Source of the DNA: Candidatus Moraniibacteriota bacterium
Lineage (GTDB): Bacteria; Patescibacteriota; Minisyncoccia; Moranbacterales; UBA2206
Length of the DNA: 64,000 bases
NCBI GenBank assembly: GCA_049303795.1
Contig: JBAQNM010000013.1
Span: 78,415 to 142,414 of the forward strand
Direction: 5' to 3'
Below the pieces are notes generated by a model that did no database searches, was not told where the DNA came from, and saw nothing but the letters and a program-made list of their open reading frames with translations. The translations under genes and the position numbers were made by a program. Position 1 is the first letter of the stretch. Every line of letters begins with the position of its first letter. Of this stretch, positions 8,088 through 17,117 are shown in pieces.

Positions 8088-8924
8088 ATGTCTGAAGGAA
8101 AACAATATTGGTCAATGACAGAGGGCGCTTTTTATTGTCTGTATGATAAAAAAAGGACTTTGGCTTTTAGAAAAGCTATAAAAAATACGGTCAAAAAAGG
8201 AGATGTGGTTGTTGATATGGGAACTGGTACTGGAGTTTTGGCTATGTTTGCAGTAGATGCTGGAGCGAAAATTGTTTATGCTGTAGAGTATGACGAAGGT
8301 AATATTAGAACACTTGAGCAAATTTTTAAAACAAACGGATATGGCGAAAAGATAGTTTTGATTAAAGGCGATGTCACAAAAATTAATCTTTCACAAGAGG
8401 CAGATGTGATAATTGGAGAGATGATTGCTACTGGATTAGTTGAAGAGCTTCAGATACCTGCCATGAATAATATGCTGAGGTTTTTAAAAAAAGGTGGAAA
8501 AGTTTTACTAGATAGGTATGAAATATATATCGATTTAGTTTCAAATAAGGATAAATTTTATAATCGAAAATTTAAAATAATTCGCTATGAATTCCCAGAT
8601 AAACCTTCAATGAAGTCAGTTGGCTTATCTGAAAAAATTAATATCAGAAGTGTTGATTTTAATAGAAAAAATGAAGATAATAGGATTGATAAAAGAATAT
8701 CTATTGTCATTATGAAAGGCGGCATTATAAATGGAATAAGGATAAGTGGAGTTACTAGATTTTATGATGGCTCATCTTTTGGGGAATCTATCGCGTATAG
8801 TTTTCCGGTAATACTTCCTACTGATGATTTTGTAGTTAAAAAAGGAGATGTTTTTGTAGTAAACATTTCTTATGAAATGTGTAAGGGTTTTGAGGGTTTA
8901 GATTATTCAATTTGTAAAAAATAA
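8088..8924 (+). CDS. Protein arginine N-methyltransferase (PRMT)-like class I SAM methyltransferase
   Basis: 278 aa. YWSMTEGAFYCLYDKKRTLAFRKAI aligns with PRMT1 [28 protein letters not shown]. Motif I VVDMGTGTGVLAMFAVDAGAKIVYAVE, motif II DVIIGEMIATGL (DIIISEWMG in PRMT1) and FLKKGGKVL (LLKPGG) are present, followed by a ~130-aa C-terminal domain. Confidence 0.6.
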   Translation: MSEGKQYWSMTEGAFYCLYDKKRTLAFRKAIKNTVKKGDVVVDMGTGTGVLAMFAVDAGAKIVYAVEYDEGNIRTLEQIFKTNGYGEKIVLIKGDVTKINLSQEADVIIGEMIATGLVEELQIPAMNNMLRFLKKGGKVLLDRYEIYIDLVSNKDKFYNRKFKIIRYEFPDKPSMKSVGLSEKINIRSVDFNRKNEDNRIDKRISIVIMKGGIINGIRISGVTRFYDGSSFGESIAYSFPVILPTDDFVVKKGDVFVVNISYEMCKGFEGLDYSICKK

Positions 8925-8928
8925 AAAA

Positions 8929-10665
8929 ATGGAAAACTTATTTTGTGTTAAGGATGGACCACTTTTTTGGGTATATGCTAAGGATGTGCCAAATATTCTT
9001 TATTATTCTCATGTGCCAGCCGCTATCATTTCGTTAATGATGGGAATATTTATTTTCCTTAGCAATAGGAAACTATTAGGGAAAATTTTATTTTCCCTAA
9101 CTTTCGCTTTTTCATTATGGTCTTTCCTGGATTTAATTTTATGGGCTCAAAATGATAGTAGCATGGTGATGTTTTTTTGGGCTATGATTATCTTAGTTGA
9201 AGAGTTTATTTTTATCATGGGCCTTTATTTAACATATGTCTTTATTAGCAATAAAGATGCATCTTCGATTAAGAAAATTATTATTGGAATATTATTTTTA
9301 CCAGCTATTATTTTAACTTCTACAAAATTTAATTTGCTCGGGTTTAATCTGAGTGAGTGTGTAAGTATCGAAGGATTTATGGCTTTAAATTACGGGTATA
9401 TCTTAGAAATGGTTTTAATATTTTTAATAGTAATAGTTTCCTTTGTTGGTTATTTTAAACAAAAGGACATTGTAATTAAAAAACAAATAGCTTATTTCTC
9501 ATTAGGTATGATTTTATTTCTATTTTCATTTGCTGGTGCGAATTTAATAAGTAGTTTAACTGGAACGGATCTTGGTTGGGAGTATGGAAATTATGGACTT
9601 TTTGGCATGCCAATATTTATCGGCTTTCTTGCATATCTCATTGTTCGTTATAAAGCCTTTGATATCAAATTAATGGCTGTTCAGGCGCTGGTGATTGCGA
9701 TGATTATTCTGATTGGATCGCAATTCTTTTTTATTAGAAATTTCACTAATAAAGTTCTTACTGGGATTACGATAGTTCTTTCTGGTGTTGGTGGGTATAT
9801 GCTTATAAGATCAGTAAAAAAAGAAGTGCAAAAAAATGAGGAACTGGCGCTTGCTAATGCTGAAATTAATGAACGCAAAGAGCAATTACAAAAAATTTCC
9901 GATAGCTTGGCGGTTTCCAATGATAGATTGAAACAACTCGATACCGCTAAAACCGAATTTATTTCCATGGCTTCTCATCAATTGCGCACGCCAGTAACTG
10001 GAATCAAGGGCTATCTCTCGATGCTCCTAGAAGGTTCATATGGCGAAGTGACTTCCGAACAAAAAGTGGCCATGCAAAAAGCCTATGATAGCAATGAGCG
10101 AATGGTGACGCTTATTGAAGACTTGCTGAATGTTTCGCGCATTGAATCCGGTCGCTTGGAATATGTTTTTGCTAAAACTAAAATCGAAGATCTTTGTCAA
10201 GAGGTTGTAAATACTCTTTTCCCTAAAGCAGTCGATAGGGGTCTTTATTTGGAATATACCAAGCCGGAAATTGATTTACCGGAAATCTGGATTGATGGAA
10301 TCAAAGTGCGCGAGGTGATTTCCAATTTAGTTGATAATGCTTTGAAATATACGCCTAGAGGCGGGGTGCGACTTAAGGTTGACTTGTGTGATAGAAAAGA
10401 GGCTGAGTGTCTTTTGACGCCACACATACGCATCACTGTTTCTGACACAGGCATTGGTGTTCCCAAAGAAGAAATACCATATCTTTTCAATAAGTTTTCT
10501 CGTGGTAAAGATATTAGTCGCCTCAATGCTGGAGGAACTGGCCTGGGACTTTTTGTCGGTCGAAAAATGATCGAAGGTAATTCCGGAAAAGTTTGGCTTG
10601 AATCTGAAGGCAAAGATAAAGGCTCGAGATTTATTATCGAGTTGCCGATTGAGAAAGGGGAATAA
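8929..10665 (+). CDS. Sensor histidine kinase (multi-TM N-terminal sensor domain, coiled coil, HisKA, HATPase_c)
   Basis: 578 aa. H-box SMASHQLRTP, N-box DNALKYT, G-boxes DTGIGV and GGTGLGL. There is a 4-nt gap from the upstream gene, indicating an operon. Confidence 0.85.
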   Translation: MENLFCVKDGPLFWVYAKDVPNILYYSHVPAAIISLMMGIFIFLSNRKLLGKILFSLTFAFSLWSFLDLILWAQNDSSMVMFFWAMIILVEEFIFIMGLYLTYVFISNKDASSIKKIIIGILFLPAIILTSTKFNLLGFNLSECVSIEGFMALNYGYILEMVLIFLIVIVSFVGYFKQKDIVIKKQIAYFSLGMILFLFSFAGANLISSLTGTDLGWEYGNYGLFGMPIFIGFLAYLIVRYKAFDIKLMAVQALVIAMIILIGSQFFFIRNFTNKVLTGITIVLSGVGGYMLIRSVKKEVQKNEELALANAEINERKEQLQKISDSLAVSNDRLKQLDTAKTEFISMASHQLRTPVTGIKGYLSMLLEGSYGEVTSEQKVAMQKAYDSNERMVTLIEDLLNVSRIESGRLEYVFAKTKIEDLCQEVVNTLFPKAVDRGLYLEYTKPEIDLPEIWIDGIKVREVISNLVDNALKYTPRGGVRLKVDLCDRKEAECLLTPHIRITVSDTGIGVPKEEIPYLFNKFSRGKDISRLNAGGTGLGLFVGRKMIEGNSGKVWLESEGKDKGSRFIIELPIEKGE

Positions 10666-10698
10666 AACTTCGATTTGAAAATGAAAAAACTAACCTAA

Positions 10699-10848
10699 AT
10701 GAAGAATAAAAATTTTATTATACTAATAATAACATTAGCCATTCTCGCTGTTGGATTGGGAATTTTGAGGTGGGAGAGTGTGAAAAAAGCTAAAGAATTA
10801 AAGAAAATTGAAGAGCAAAGGAATGTTAAAGAGCAAGCTACTAGCTGA
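10699..10848 (+). CDS. Small single-TM protein (49 aa), hypothetical
   Basis: MKNKNFIILIITLAILAVGLGIL... Not in the ORF track because it is under 60 aa. Confidence 0.3.
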   Translation: MKNKNFIILIITLAILAVGLGILRWESVKKAKELKKIEEQRNVKEQATS

Positions 10849-10960
10849 GAAAAAAGAGTGTGGGTAATAAAAAAAACGATTTTGATTTATATCTATTTTT
10901 ATGATAGGTTGAAAATGAAGTTAGTTAAAAATTAAATTTTTTCAAAAACAAGTAAGAAAT

Positions 10961-11521
10961 ATGCACGATATAATGGCGATTTTAGCTATAATAGGTATTT
11001 TAGTTCTTGCAATACTACCTCTTATATTAGGGACGCTGAGTCTTTTAGTTGGGATTTTGCTTATATTAAAATGTATAAAGGAAAAAAAGAATAATTCAAA
11101 AAAAGCTATTTTATATTTAGTAGCTTTTTTCGTATGCATTTTAGTTAGTATTTATTTATTGTATTTTTTTGTTACTTTTCGTTCAAGATGGAATAGTTCA
11201 GTCGATCACAATTATGACGTAGAATCTTTCGCAGGATGTTATGGCCAAGGAAAAACGACTTGGGATTCATACGAAACCTTAACGGAAGATGAGATAGCTG
11301 AATCGATAAAGCAGTTGCATATTTCGAGGAAAAAATTTGAGGAAGTAAGGGATGAGTGTATAAAGTCTCAACAAATTTCATCATTTGCTGGATGTAGTGG
11401 AAGAAAACATAATTGGAGGCGCTGGGATGAAATGAATGAGAAAGAATTCGAAGACACTTTAAAATATTTTAATATAAGTAGAGAAAAATTTGAAAAAAGA
11501 AGAGAGAGCTGCTCAAATTAA
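10961..11521 (+). CDS. Membrane protein with two N-terminal TM helices and two tandem ~45-aa repeats (SFAGCxG...IS/TREKFE...C)
   Basis: 186 aa. The internal repeats are visible by eye (SFAGCYGQGKTTWDSYETLTEDE... and SFAGCSGRKHNWRRWDEMNEKE...). Confidence 0.5.
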   Translation: MHDIMAILAIIGILVLAILPLILGTLSLLVGILLILKCIKEKKNNSKKAILYLVAFFVCILVSIYLLYFFVTFRSRWNSSVDHNYDVESFAGCYGQGKTTWDSYETLTEDEIAESIKQLHISRKKFEEVRDECIKSQQISSFAGCSGRKHNWRRWDEMNEKEFEDTLKYFNISREKFEKRRESCSN

Positions 11522-11629
11522 CTAGAAATTATTTCTTTTTCAGAAAGTACAAATAGTTGTGCTTTTCGTATAAGGAAAGAATTTTAGTTCCTTAAAAAAT
11601 TAATATCAGACTATGGAAGGAGAAAGAAC

Positions 11630-13774
11630 ATGCATTATTTTCGAATGGTTTCTTTGGTAATCGGTGTCGTATTGGCAATGGCGAGTAACTCTTTTGCTAT
11701 TAATGATGACCTAAGTTGGGCGGCAAAGTGGCTTTTACCAGGTGATCAGTTTGATTCAAAAGATGAGAGAGAATGGACATCTGAAAAAGGCTATATCTAT
11801 GGACACGGCAATCTCATCACTGCAAAGCTTAGATTTGATGATGAAGCAATAAACACTTTCAGGCATCAAATTGGAGGTTCGTATCATTTTGGACTCGAGC
11901 TTGACATCGTTGAATGTAGTTGCGATGGAAATAGTCCGCAACTTGTAACTGCCAGCATTCAGCATTCTCTTCCTTTATCGACCAGGCCGGTTATGGACAC
12001 AGATTTTGGTGACAGTATAACTAACAGTGGAAATTGTAAATCGAACGGAGGCGACCCATATGTTGTTGGAGCGTTAATGATTAGAGAACCTCAATATTTG
12101 GAATCCGGTGTCGATTATTACGTCTTCTACTATCTTGAAGATTGTATTCCTGCATCAGGGGTTAATTTGCATTTAACCTTAAAACTCACTCAGTATGTGC
12201 CAGTTATCAAAGCATTGTCTTATGATTTCGTATACGGCAGTATTATTAATGGGATACGTATCTATTTTGGCAATGATGATGTCTTGGATATTTTTAATTA
12301 TTTTGTTGTTGAAAGCGATTCCTATGAAAGTTTTATCGCTAAGCCTACAGGATATAATGGAACGCGCTGGTCAGATAAAGTATTAAGTACTCCATGTGTC
12401 ATTGAAGATCATGATATGTGTGTTGGGCTCGAACAAAGTCAAGTAAAAAGAACATTTTTATCCCTCATTCCATCGTTTGTTTCAATAGCATATGCAAGCG
12501 ATTGCGTACCAACTAGTACTGCTTCCAAGCAAGCTATGTATGTTGGTGATCTTGGGATTCCTGTTGACTATGATGGGACATCTCCTCCAGGCGATCCTAT
12601 AATCCCAACTCTCCCCGGCCCATTTCCCAATCTCCACATCGAAGAGCTTAATCTCCACGATTCCGCCTACAATAAACTGCCCGACGACGGTACTGCCTAT
12701 CTCAAACCCGGCGAAACATATGAAATTCATGTCTGGCCAGAATCAACTGAAGAACATTGTCTGTGCGGAACAAATAATGAAGAAATCGAAGTCATCACCG
12801 ACACTTATGTTAAAATCGGAATTTCTCAAGAAGATGGAAATTGGATGCGCATCAAACGTTCCTATACGCACTGTAAATATATGGACGAAGATGATTCCAA
12901 AAAAGAAGTTTTCTTCTGGACGGTTCCTTTTGACGCTGCCGGAAAACTAATTGCCTTCAAAGCCAAAGTCGATTCAACTAACATCATCAGAGAATCTAAC
13001 GAAGATGATAATGGTTGCGATATTGAATATTATCCGGTTGAAGGCTATTGTCCTAGTTGTCCTGATTTTGTTTCCAAAAATGTCAAACTTACTTGCGGAA
13101 AAACCGAACTAAATCTTGGTGATAAATTCGGCTTAGAGGCTGATATTTTAAATCAAGGCAGTTCCGATTGTCCTATTGATATTCACGGCGCTTATTATCT
13201 CAAAACTCCCAATGCAACCAGCTGGGTAAATATCGCTGATGATACCAGTGGAGCTTCAGGACTTAGCGTTGGAGAAATTGAACACGAATACACAACGGAC
13301 TCTCCCTTCACCGCTAATGTTATTGGCACCTGGCAAGGCATGTTCTGCGCTGACTATCAAAATCAAGTTCGCGAACAAAACGAAGACAATAATTGTCAAA
13401 CTTTCAGCTTTAAAGTTAATCCGGTCGGACCGGATTTTATTGTCTCCAGCTTAGGCTTTAAGGAAGGATTATCCTTCAAACGTAAAATCTCATCCCACCC
13501 CTGGGCCATCATTAGAAACATTGGCAATCAAACTCCCAAATCCAGTATCCGCATTGCTTATTACATCGATGGAGTCTTTCGTGATGATGACACAATCGAA
13601 GCCAGCGAACTCACTCCCGGACGCGATCAATTCGAAAGCGTTCTTAACAACAGTATCAATCTTGGTGACTGGGGCACTAGAACCCTCACTGTCAAAGTGG
13701 ACATTGATGGCAAAGTCGTTGAACTCAATGAGAGCAACAACTCCTCATCAGTTAAATTCACTGTAATTCGATAA
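11630..13774 (+). CDS. Large secreted Cys-rich protein with C-terminal CARDB-like repeats
   Basis: 714 aa. Signal peptide MHYFRMVSLVIGVVLAMASNSFA. Many Cys pairs. Three C-terminal repeats end in E.NE.NN motifs (ESNEDDNGC, REQNEDNNC, ELNESNNSS) characteristic of CARDB domains. GGAGG RBS. Patches of elevated GC. Confidence 0.6.
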   Translation: MHYFRMVSLVIGVVLAMASNSFAINDDLSWAAKWLLPGDQFDSKDEREWTSEKGYIYGHGNLITAKLRFDDEAINTFRHQIGGSYHFGLELDIVECSCDGNSPQLVTASIQHSLPLSTRPVMDTDFGDSITNSGNCKSNGGDPYVVGALMIREPQYLESGVDYYVFYYLEDCIPASGVNLHLTLKLTQYVPVIKALSYDFVYGSIINGIRIYFGNDDVLDIFNYFVVESDSYESFIAKPTGYNGTRWSDKVLSTPCVIEDHDMCVGLEQSQVKRTFLSLIPSFVSIAYASDCVPTSTASKQAMYVGDLGIPVDYDGTSPPGDPIIPTLPGPFPNLHIEELNLHDSAYNKLPDDGTAYLKPGETYEIHVWPESTEEHCLCGTNNEEIEVITDTYVKIGISQEDGNWMRIKRSYTHCKYMDEDDSKKEVFFWTVPFDAAGKLIAFKAKVDSTNIIRESNEDDNGCDIEYYPVEGYCPSCPDFVSKNVKLTCGKTELNLGDKFGLEADILNQGSSDCPIDIHGAYYLKTPNATSWVNIADDTSGASGLSVGEIEHEYTTDSPFTANVIGTWQGMFCADYQNQVREQNEDNNCQTFSFKVNPVGPDFIVSSLGFKEGLSFKRKISSHPWAIIRNIGNQTPKSSIRIAYYIDGVFRDDDTIEASELTPGRDQFESVLNNSINLGDWGTRTLTVKVDIDGKVVELNESNNSSSVKFTVIR

Positions 13775-13810
13775 AAAGAATCATTATGAAAAAGCAAAAA
13801 ATGCTCTAAC

Positions 13811-13851
13811 CACGCTCAATCCTCAAAGGGGGTTGGGCGTGTTATTTTTTA
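13811..13851 (+). terminator. Intrinsic terminator (CACGCTCAA...TTGGGCGTG followed by T-run)
   Basis: Imperfect 9-bp stem followed by T7. Confidence 0.5.
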
Positions 13852-13991
13852 TTGAAAGCAATAATCCAGTAGACTCTTTTAATTTATCTTGATTTATGCT
13901 ATATTTTAATCATCAAAATAACTCACTGCTAAAGCTTGGCTTATATTTAAGGAAATTTGGAGACTAGTAAATTAATACGCTGTAAAATTAT

Positions 13992-15620
13992 ATGTCTAAT
14001 TTGAGGGAAAAAAATAACGGAAATTCAAAGGATCTCGTTTTCAATTACTATTTAAGTCGAATTAAAAAACGAGACGTTCATTTTCTTTTCATTATCCATC
14101 TCACTAGAACAATAGAAGTTTTTATTGAAAGTTGGCTGAAGAATTTTCCCAATGTAGGTGTTATATCAATCAATTATTCTGAGATTCCAGAAGTCAAAGA
14201 AAATATAAGCAAATATGCTCAAGTATATAGTCCTAGTGATGTCTCAGAAATACCAGAATTAATAACTAAAATTTGCAATCAAAATTTAAGCAAAAAAATT
14301 TGTACGATTGAAATTGGAGGATACTCTAGTCTAATAAAGAGAATCCCTGATAATATTATTGGAGCAGTTGAAGATACGAATCAAGGGCATTGGAGTTTCA
14401 AGCAAAATGAATCCCGGCTCACATATCCGGTCATAAGCATTGCCCAAACTAATCTTAAGAAAATTGAAAATAAATTTGTCGGATCTTCTATTAGTTATTC
14501 TTTGGAGAAATTCTTGCGAGATCATTTTCAAAGAGATCTGATAACGATCAAAAATATTTTAGTCATTGGTTATGGAGAAGTTGGCCGTGGAACAGCGAGA
14601 AAGCTTAAAAGCACACTAGCTAATGTTTTTGTTTATGACAGCGATCCAGTAAACACTATGCTGGCAAGATTGGATGGTTTTAATATCACTGATAGGATAT
14701 CAGCCATATCACAAGCAGACATAATTATTGGAGCATCAGGGCAGCAATCATTGCAAATGAGTGATTTTGTTTATTTAAAAAATAATTGCTTATTGATCAG
14801 TGCTTCATCTAGGCAAGTTGAATTTCCAATTGATGAAATAGAAAAAAATGTTATTAAAAAAAGTAGTTATATAAATTCCTATAGATCAGAAAACGGGCTT
14901 TTCTATGTCGCTTATAACGGATTTCCTATAAATTTTATCGATGATTCAGCTTTTGGAGAAATTTTTGATATCATTATGTCTAGCCTTCTTGTTGCTTCTG
15001 ACTATATTTTAGATTCAAATTTATTGCCAAAAGTTTATGACCTTGATTTGAGGTTGCAGCAAGATATAGTGAGAAAATATTTCGAATTATATGAAATGGA
15101 TAATCATGAAGTAATTTTTCAAACTGAGTTAATAAAAAATAAGCGTCATGATGCTGCTAGTGCTTTGATTGTTTCCAAAAATGCTTTTGGTAAATTATCT
15201 GTTCTACTATTAAATCATCCAAGAATTGGAAAGTGGATACCTATTGGAGGGCATGTGGAAAGATTTGAATCACCTGAAAGTGCTGTTCTGCGAGAATTGG
15301 AAGATGAAATAGGCATTTCTCCTATTTATTGGTTTGACAAAAAACTCAATCAACTAGTAACAGTGCCTGTTCTTTTTTGTGAAATGTTGGAAAAAATTGA
15401 TGCTCATAAAGATAGCCCTGTTCATTACCACAGAGATTATATTTATGTCGCCATGATTGATTATCAAATGGAGGATAAATTCACCGGGACAATTCCAACG
15501 GGAAGTTTAAAGTGGCTTGAAATTGATGATATTCTCAAGTTAGATATTGAAAAGACTACCCCTGAAACATTACAAATGATCAAGGATTTGAAGGTGCATG
15601 AAAAAGAATTGCTCGGGTAA
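13992..15620 (+). CDS. S-adenosyl-L-homocysteine hydrolase (SAHH)-like two-domain protein fused to a C-terminal NUDIX hydrolase domain
   Basis: 542 aa. [13 protein letters not shown] aligns with SAHH [44 protein letters not shown] aligns with [46 protein letters not shown]...[18 protein letters not shown] aligns with the NAD domain VAGYGDVGKGCA...TEIDPICALQAAMEGY. The C-terminal part carries a Nudix box, [24 protein letters not shown]. Confidence 0.6.
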   Translation: [542 protein letters not shown]

Positions 15621-15629
15621 CAAAAAGTA

Positions 15630-17117
15630 CTAGTGATTTTTTTTCTTAATAATAAGACTTTTAAAGAAGATTAAATCTTCTTTTTTTATTTCTCTTAGGG
15701 CAAAAAGTAAAACAAAATAAAATGATAATAAGATTAATGACCAAAAAATGAAGTAGTAGCTTTCATTGGAAAGTATAGTAGCAGCAAAATAAAGAGCTCC
15801 AGAGGCTAAAATGACCTTCAGAAGACTCTTGCCGCTAATTAACACATTAAACTCTCTGTAGAGAAAATAGACCATCAGGAGCATCGCTAGAAACGATGAA
15901 ATAGTTGTGGCCCAAGCTGAGCCCATAAGTCCGAATTTTAGGATAAAAAAATAATTCAAAACAGAATTCAAAATCAGGCCAATAATAGAGATAACCATTG
16001 GTATTTTGGTTTTTCCAGCGCCGTTCATAACAAAACTCATCACATAAAAAATAGTGAGAAATCCGACGCCATAAACCAAGACCGCCATCGGTTCAGCGGC
16101 GGCTAAATATTTCGCACTATAAAAAATTTTAATTATTGGCTTGGAAAAATAGGCCATCAGAATAATAGAAGGTGCTAAAAGAATTAACATTAAACGTAAA
16201 GAATTTCCAATAATCTGACTGGTTTTTTTATGATTATTTTCAGAAACACTTTTGGAAATTGTCGGAAGAAGAACTACAGTTAGGGCGTAGAAAATATAAT
16301 AGGGGATTCGTCCAACTGTAAGGGCGCCGTTATAAATTCCAGTTAAATAATCATCTCTCAAAATGCCTTTGACTAAATATAAATCAATACTGATGAAAAG
16401 CTCATAGGCCAAAAAGAAAAGGATAATTTGCCAAGCATAACGCATAAGTTTTTTATATTCAAAGACCACTTCCGCTTTATCAGGATTGAGTTTTATTTGA
16501 TTTTCAATTTCTGTTTTAATTTTAAACTTATCAATACACCAACCGATAATAAAAGTTAGAAACGGAGCAATAACATAACCCAAGATTGCCCCGGGCACTT
16601 TATAGAAATAGGCGAGAGCGACAATAATTGTCACTCTGAAAAGTGAACGCAAAGTTTTCAATAAGGATTGAATATTAAACTTATGCAAACCGGTATAGTA
16701 GGAAAAATAAAAAGAGGACATGGCAAAAGCGGGAATAATCAAACTGGAAAGACGAAAAAGATTAGTGAGTGTTGGATCTTTCAGTGCCCAAGCTAGGACT
16801 GGCGCTAGGAGAAAAAATATCACAGTCAGAAGTCCGATAATGACAGATTGCAAAATGATAGCTTTCTTTTTGATAACACCAATCATTTTTGGGTTAGCTT
16901 CAAAAACTTCACTCAGATATTTGGCCATGGCGGTCGGTACACCATTGCCAATAAGAATTATAATCATTGTGGTTAGCGTTATCACTATTCCATAACGACC
17001 GTAATCATTCGGACCAAGGATTCTTCCGGCAACAGAATGGATTACATAACCGGAAAGATTAAATAAGATCTCTGAAATCGTTACCCAAAAAACTGATTTT
17101 GCTAAACTGTTTTTCAT
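15630..17117 (-). CDS. Polysaccharide/oligosaccharide flippase (Wzx-like, MOP/PST superfamily)
   Basis: 495 aa with ~14 TM helices. N-terminal pattern typical of PST-family flippases. Confidence 0.7.
   Translation of the reverse strand: MKNSLAKSVFWVTISEILFNLSGYVIHSVAGRILGPNDYGRYGIVITLTTMIIILIGNGVPTAMAKYLSEVFEANPKMIGVIKKKAIILQSVIIGLLTVIFFLLAPVLAWALKDPTLTNLFRLSSLIIPAFAMSSFYFSYYTGLHKFNIQSLLKTLRSLFRVTIIVALAYFYKVPGAILGYVIAPFLTFIIGWCIDKFKIKTEIENQIKLNPDKAEVVFEYKKLMRYAWQIILFFLAYELFISIDLYLVKGILRDDYLTGIYNGALTVGRIPYYIFYALTVVLLPTISKSVSENNHKKTSQIIGNSLRLMLILLAPSIILMAYFSKPIIKIFYSAKYLAAAEPMAVLVYGVGFLTIFYVMSFVMNGAGKTKIPMVISIIGLILNSVLNYFFILKFGLMGSAWATTISSFLAMLLMVYFLYREFNVLISGKSLLKVILASGALYFAATILSNESYYFIFWSLILLSFYFVLLFALREIKKEDLIFFKSLIIKKKNH

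Noticed and set aside
10942-11139. 65-aa minus-strand ORF overlapping the start of the 10961 gene
   Set aside because: It is antisense to a plus-strand gene that has a clear TM plus repeat architecture, and it has no RBS or promoter of its own.
12195-13766. Several 60-80-aa ORFs in alternative frames within the 714-aa secreted protein gene
   Set aside because: All are nested inside a continuous 2.1-kb ORF with a signal peptide and CARDB repeats. They are frame shadows, more frequent here because of locally elevated GC.
15661-15690. Palindrome AAGAAGATT-AATCTTCTT followed by T7
   Set aside because: It lies within the C-terminal codons of the flippase gene (it encodes ...EDLIFFK...). At most it doubles as the terminator of the convergent 13992 gene, so it is not reported as a separate element.
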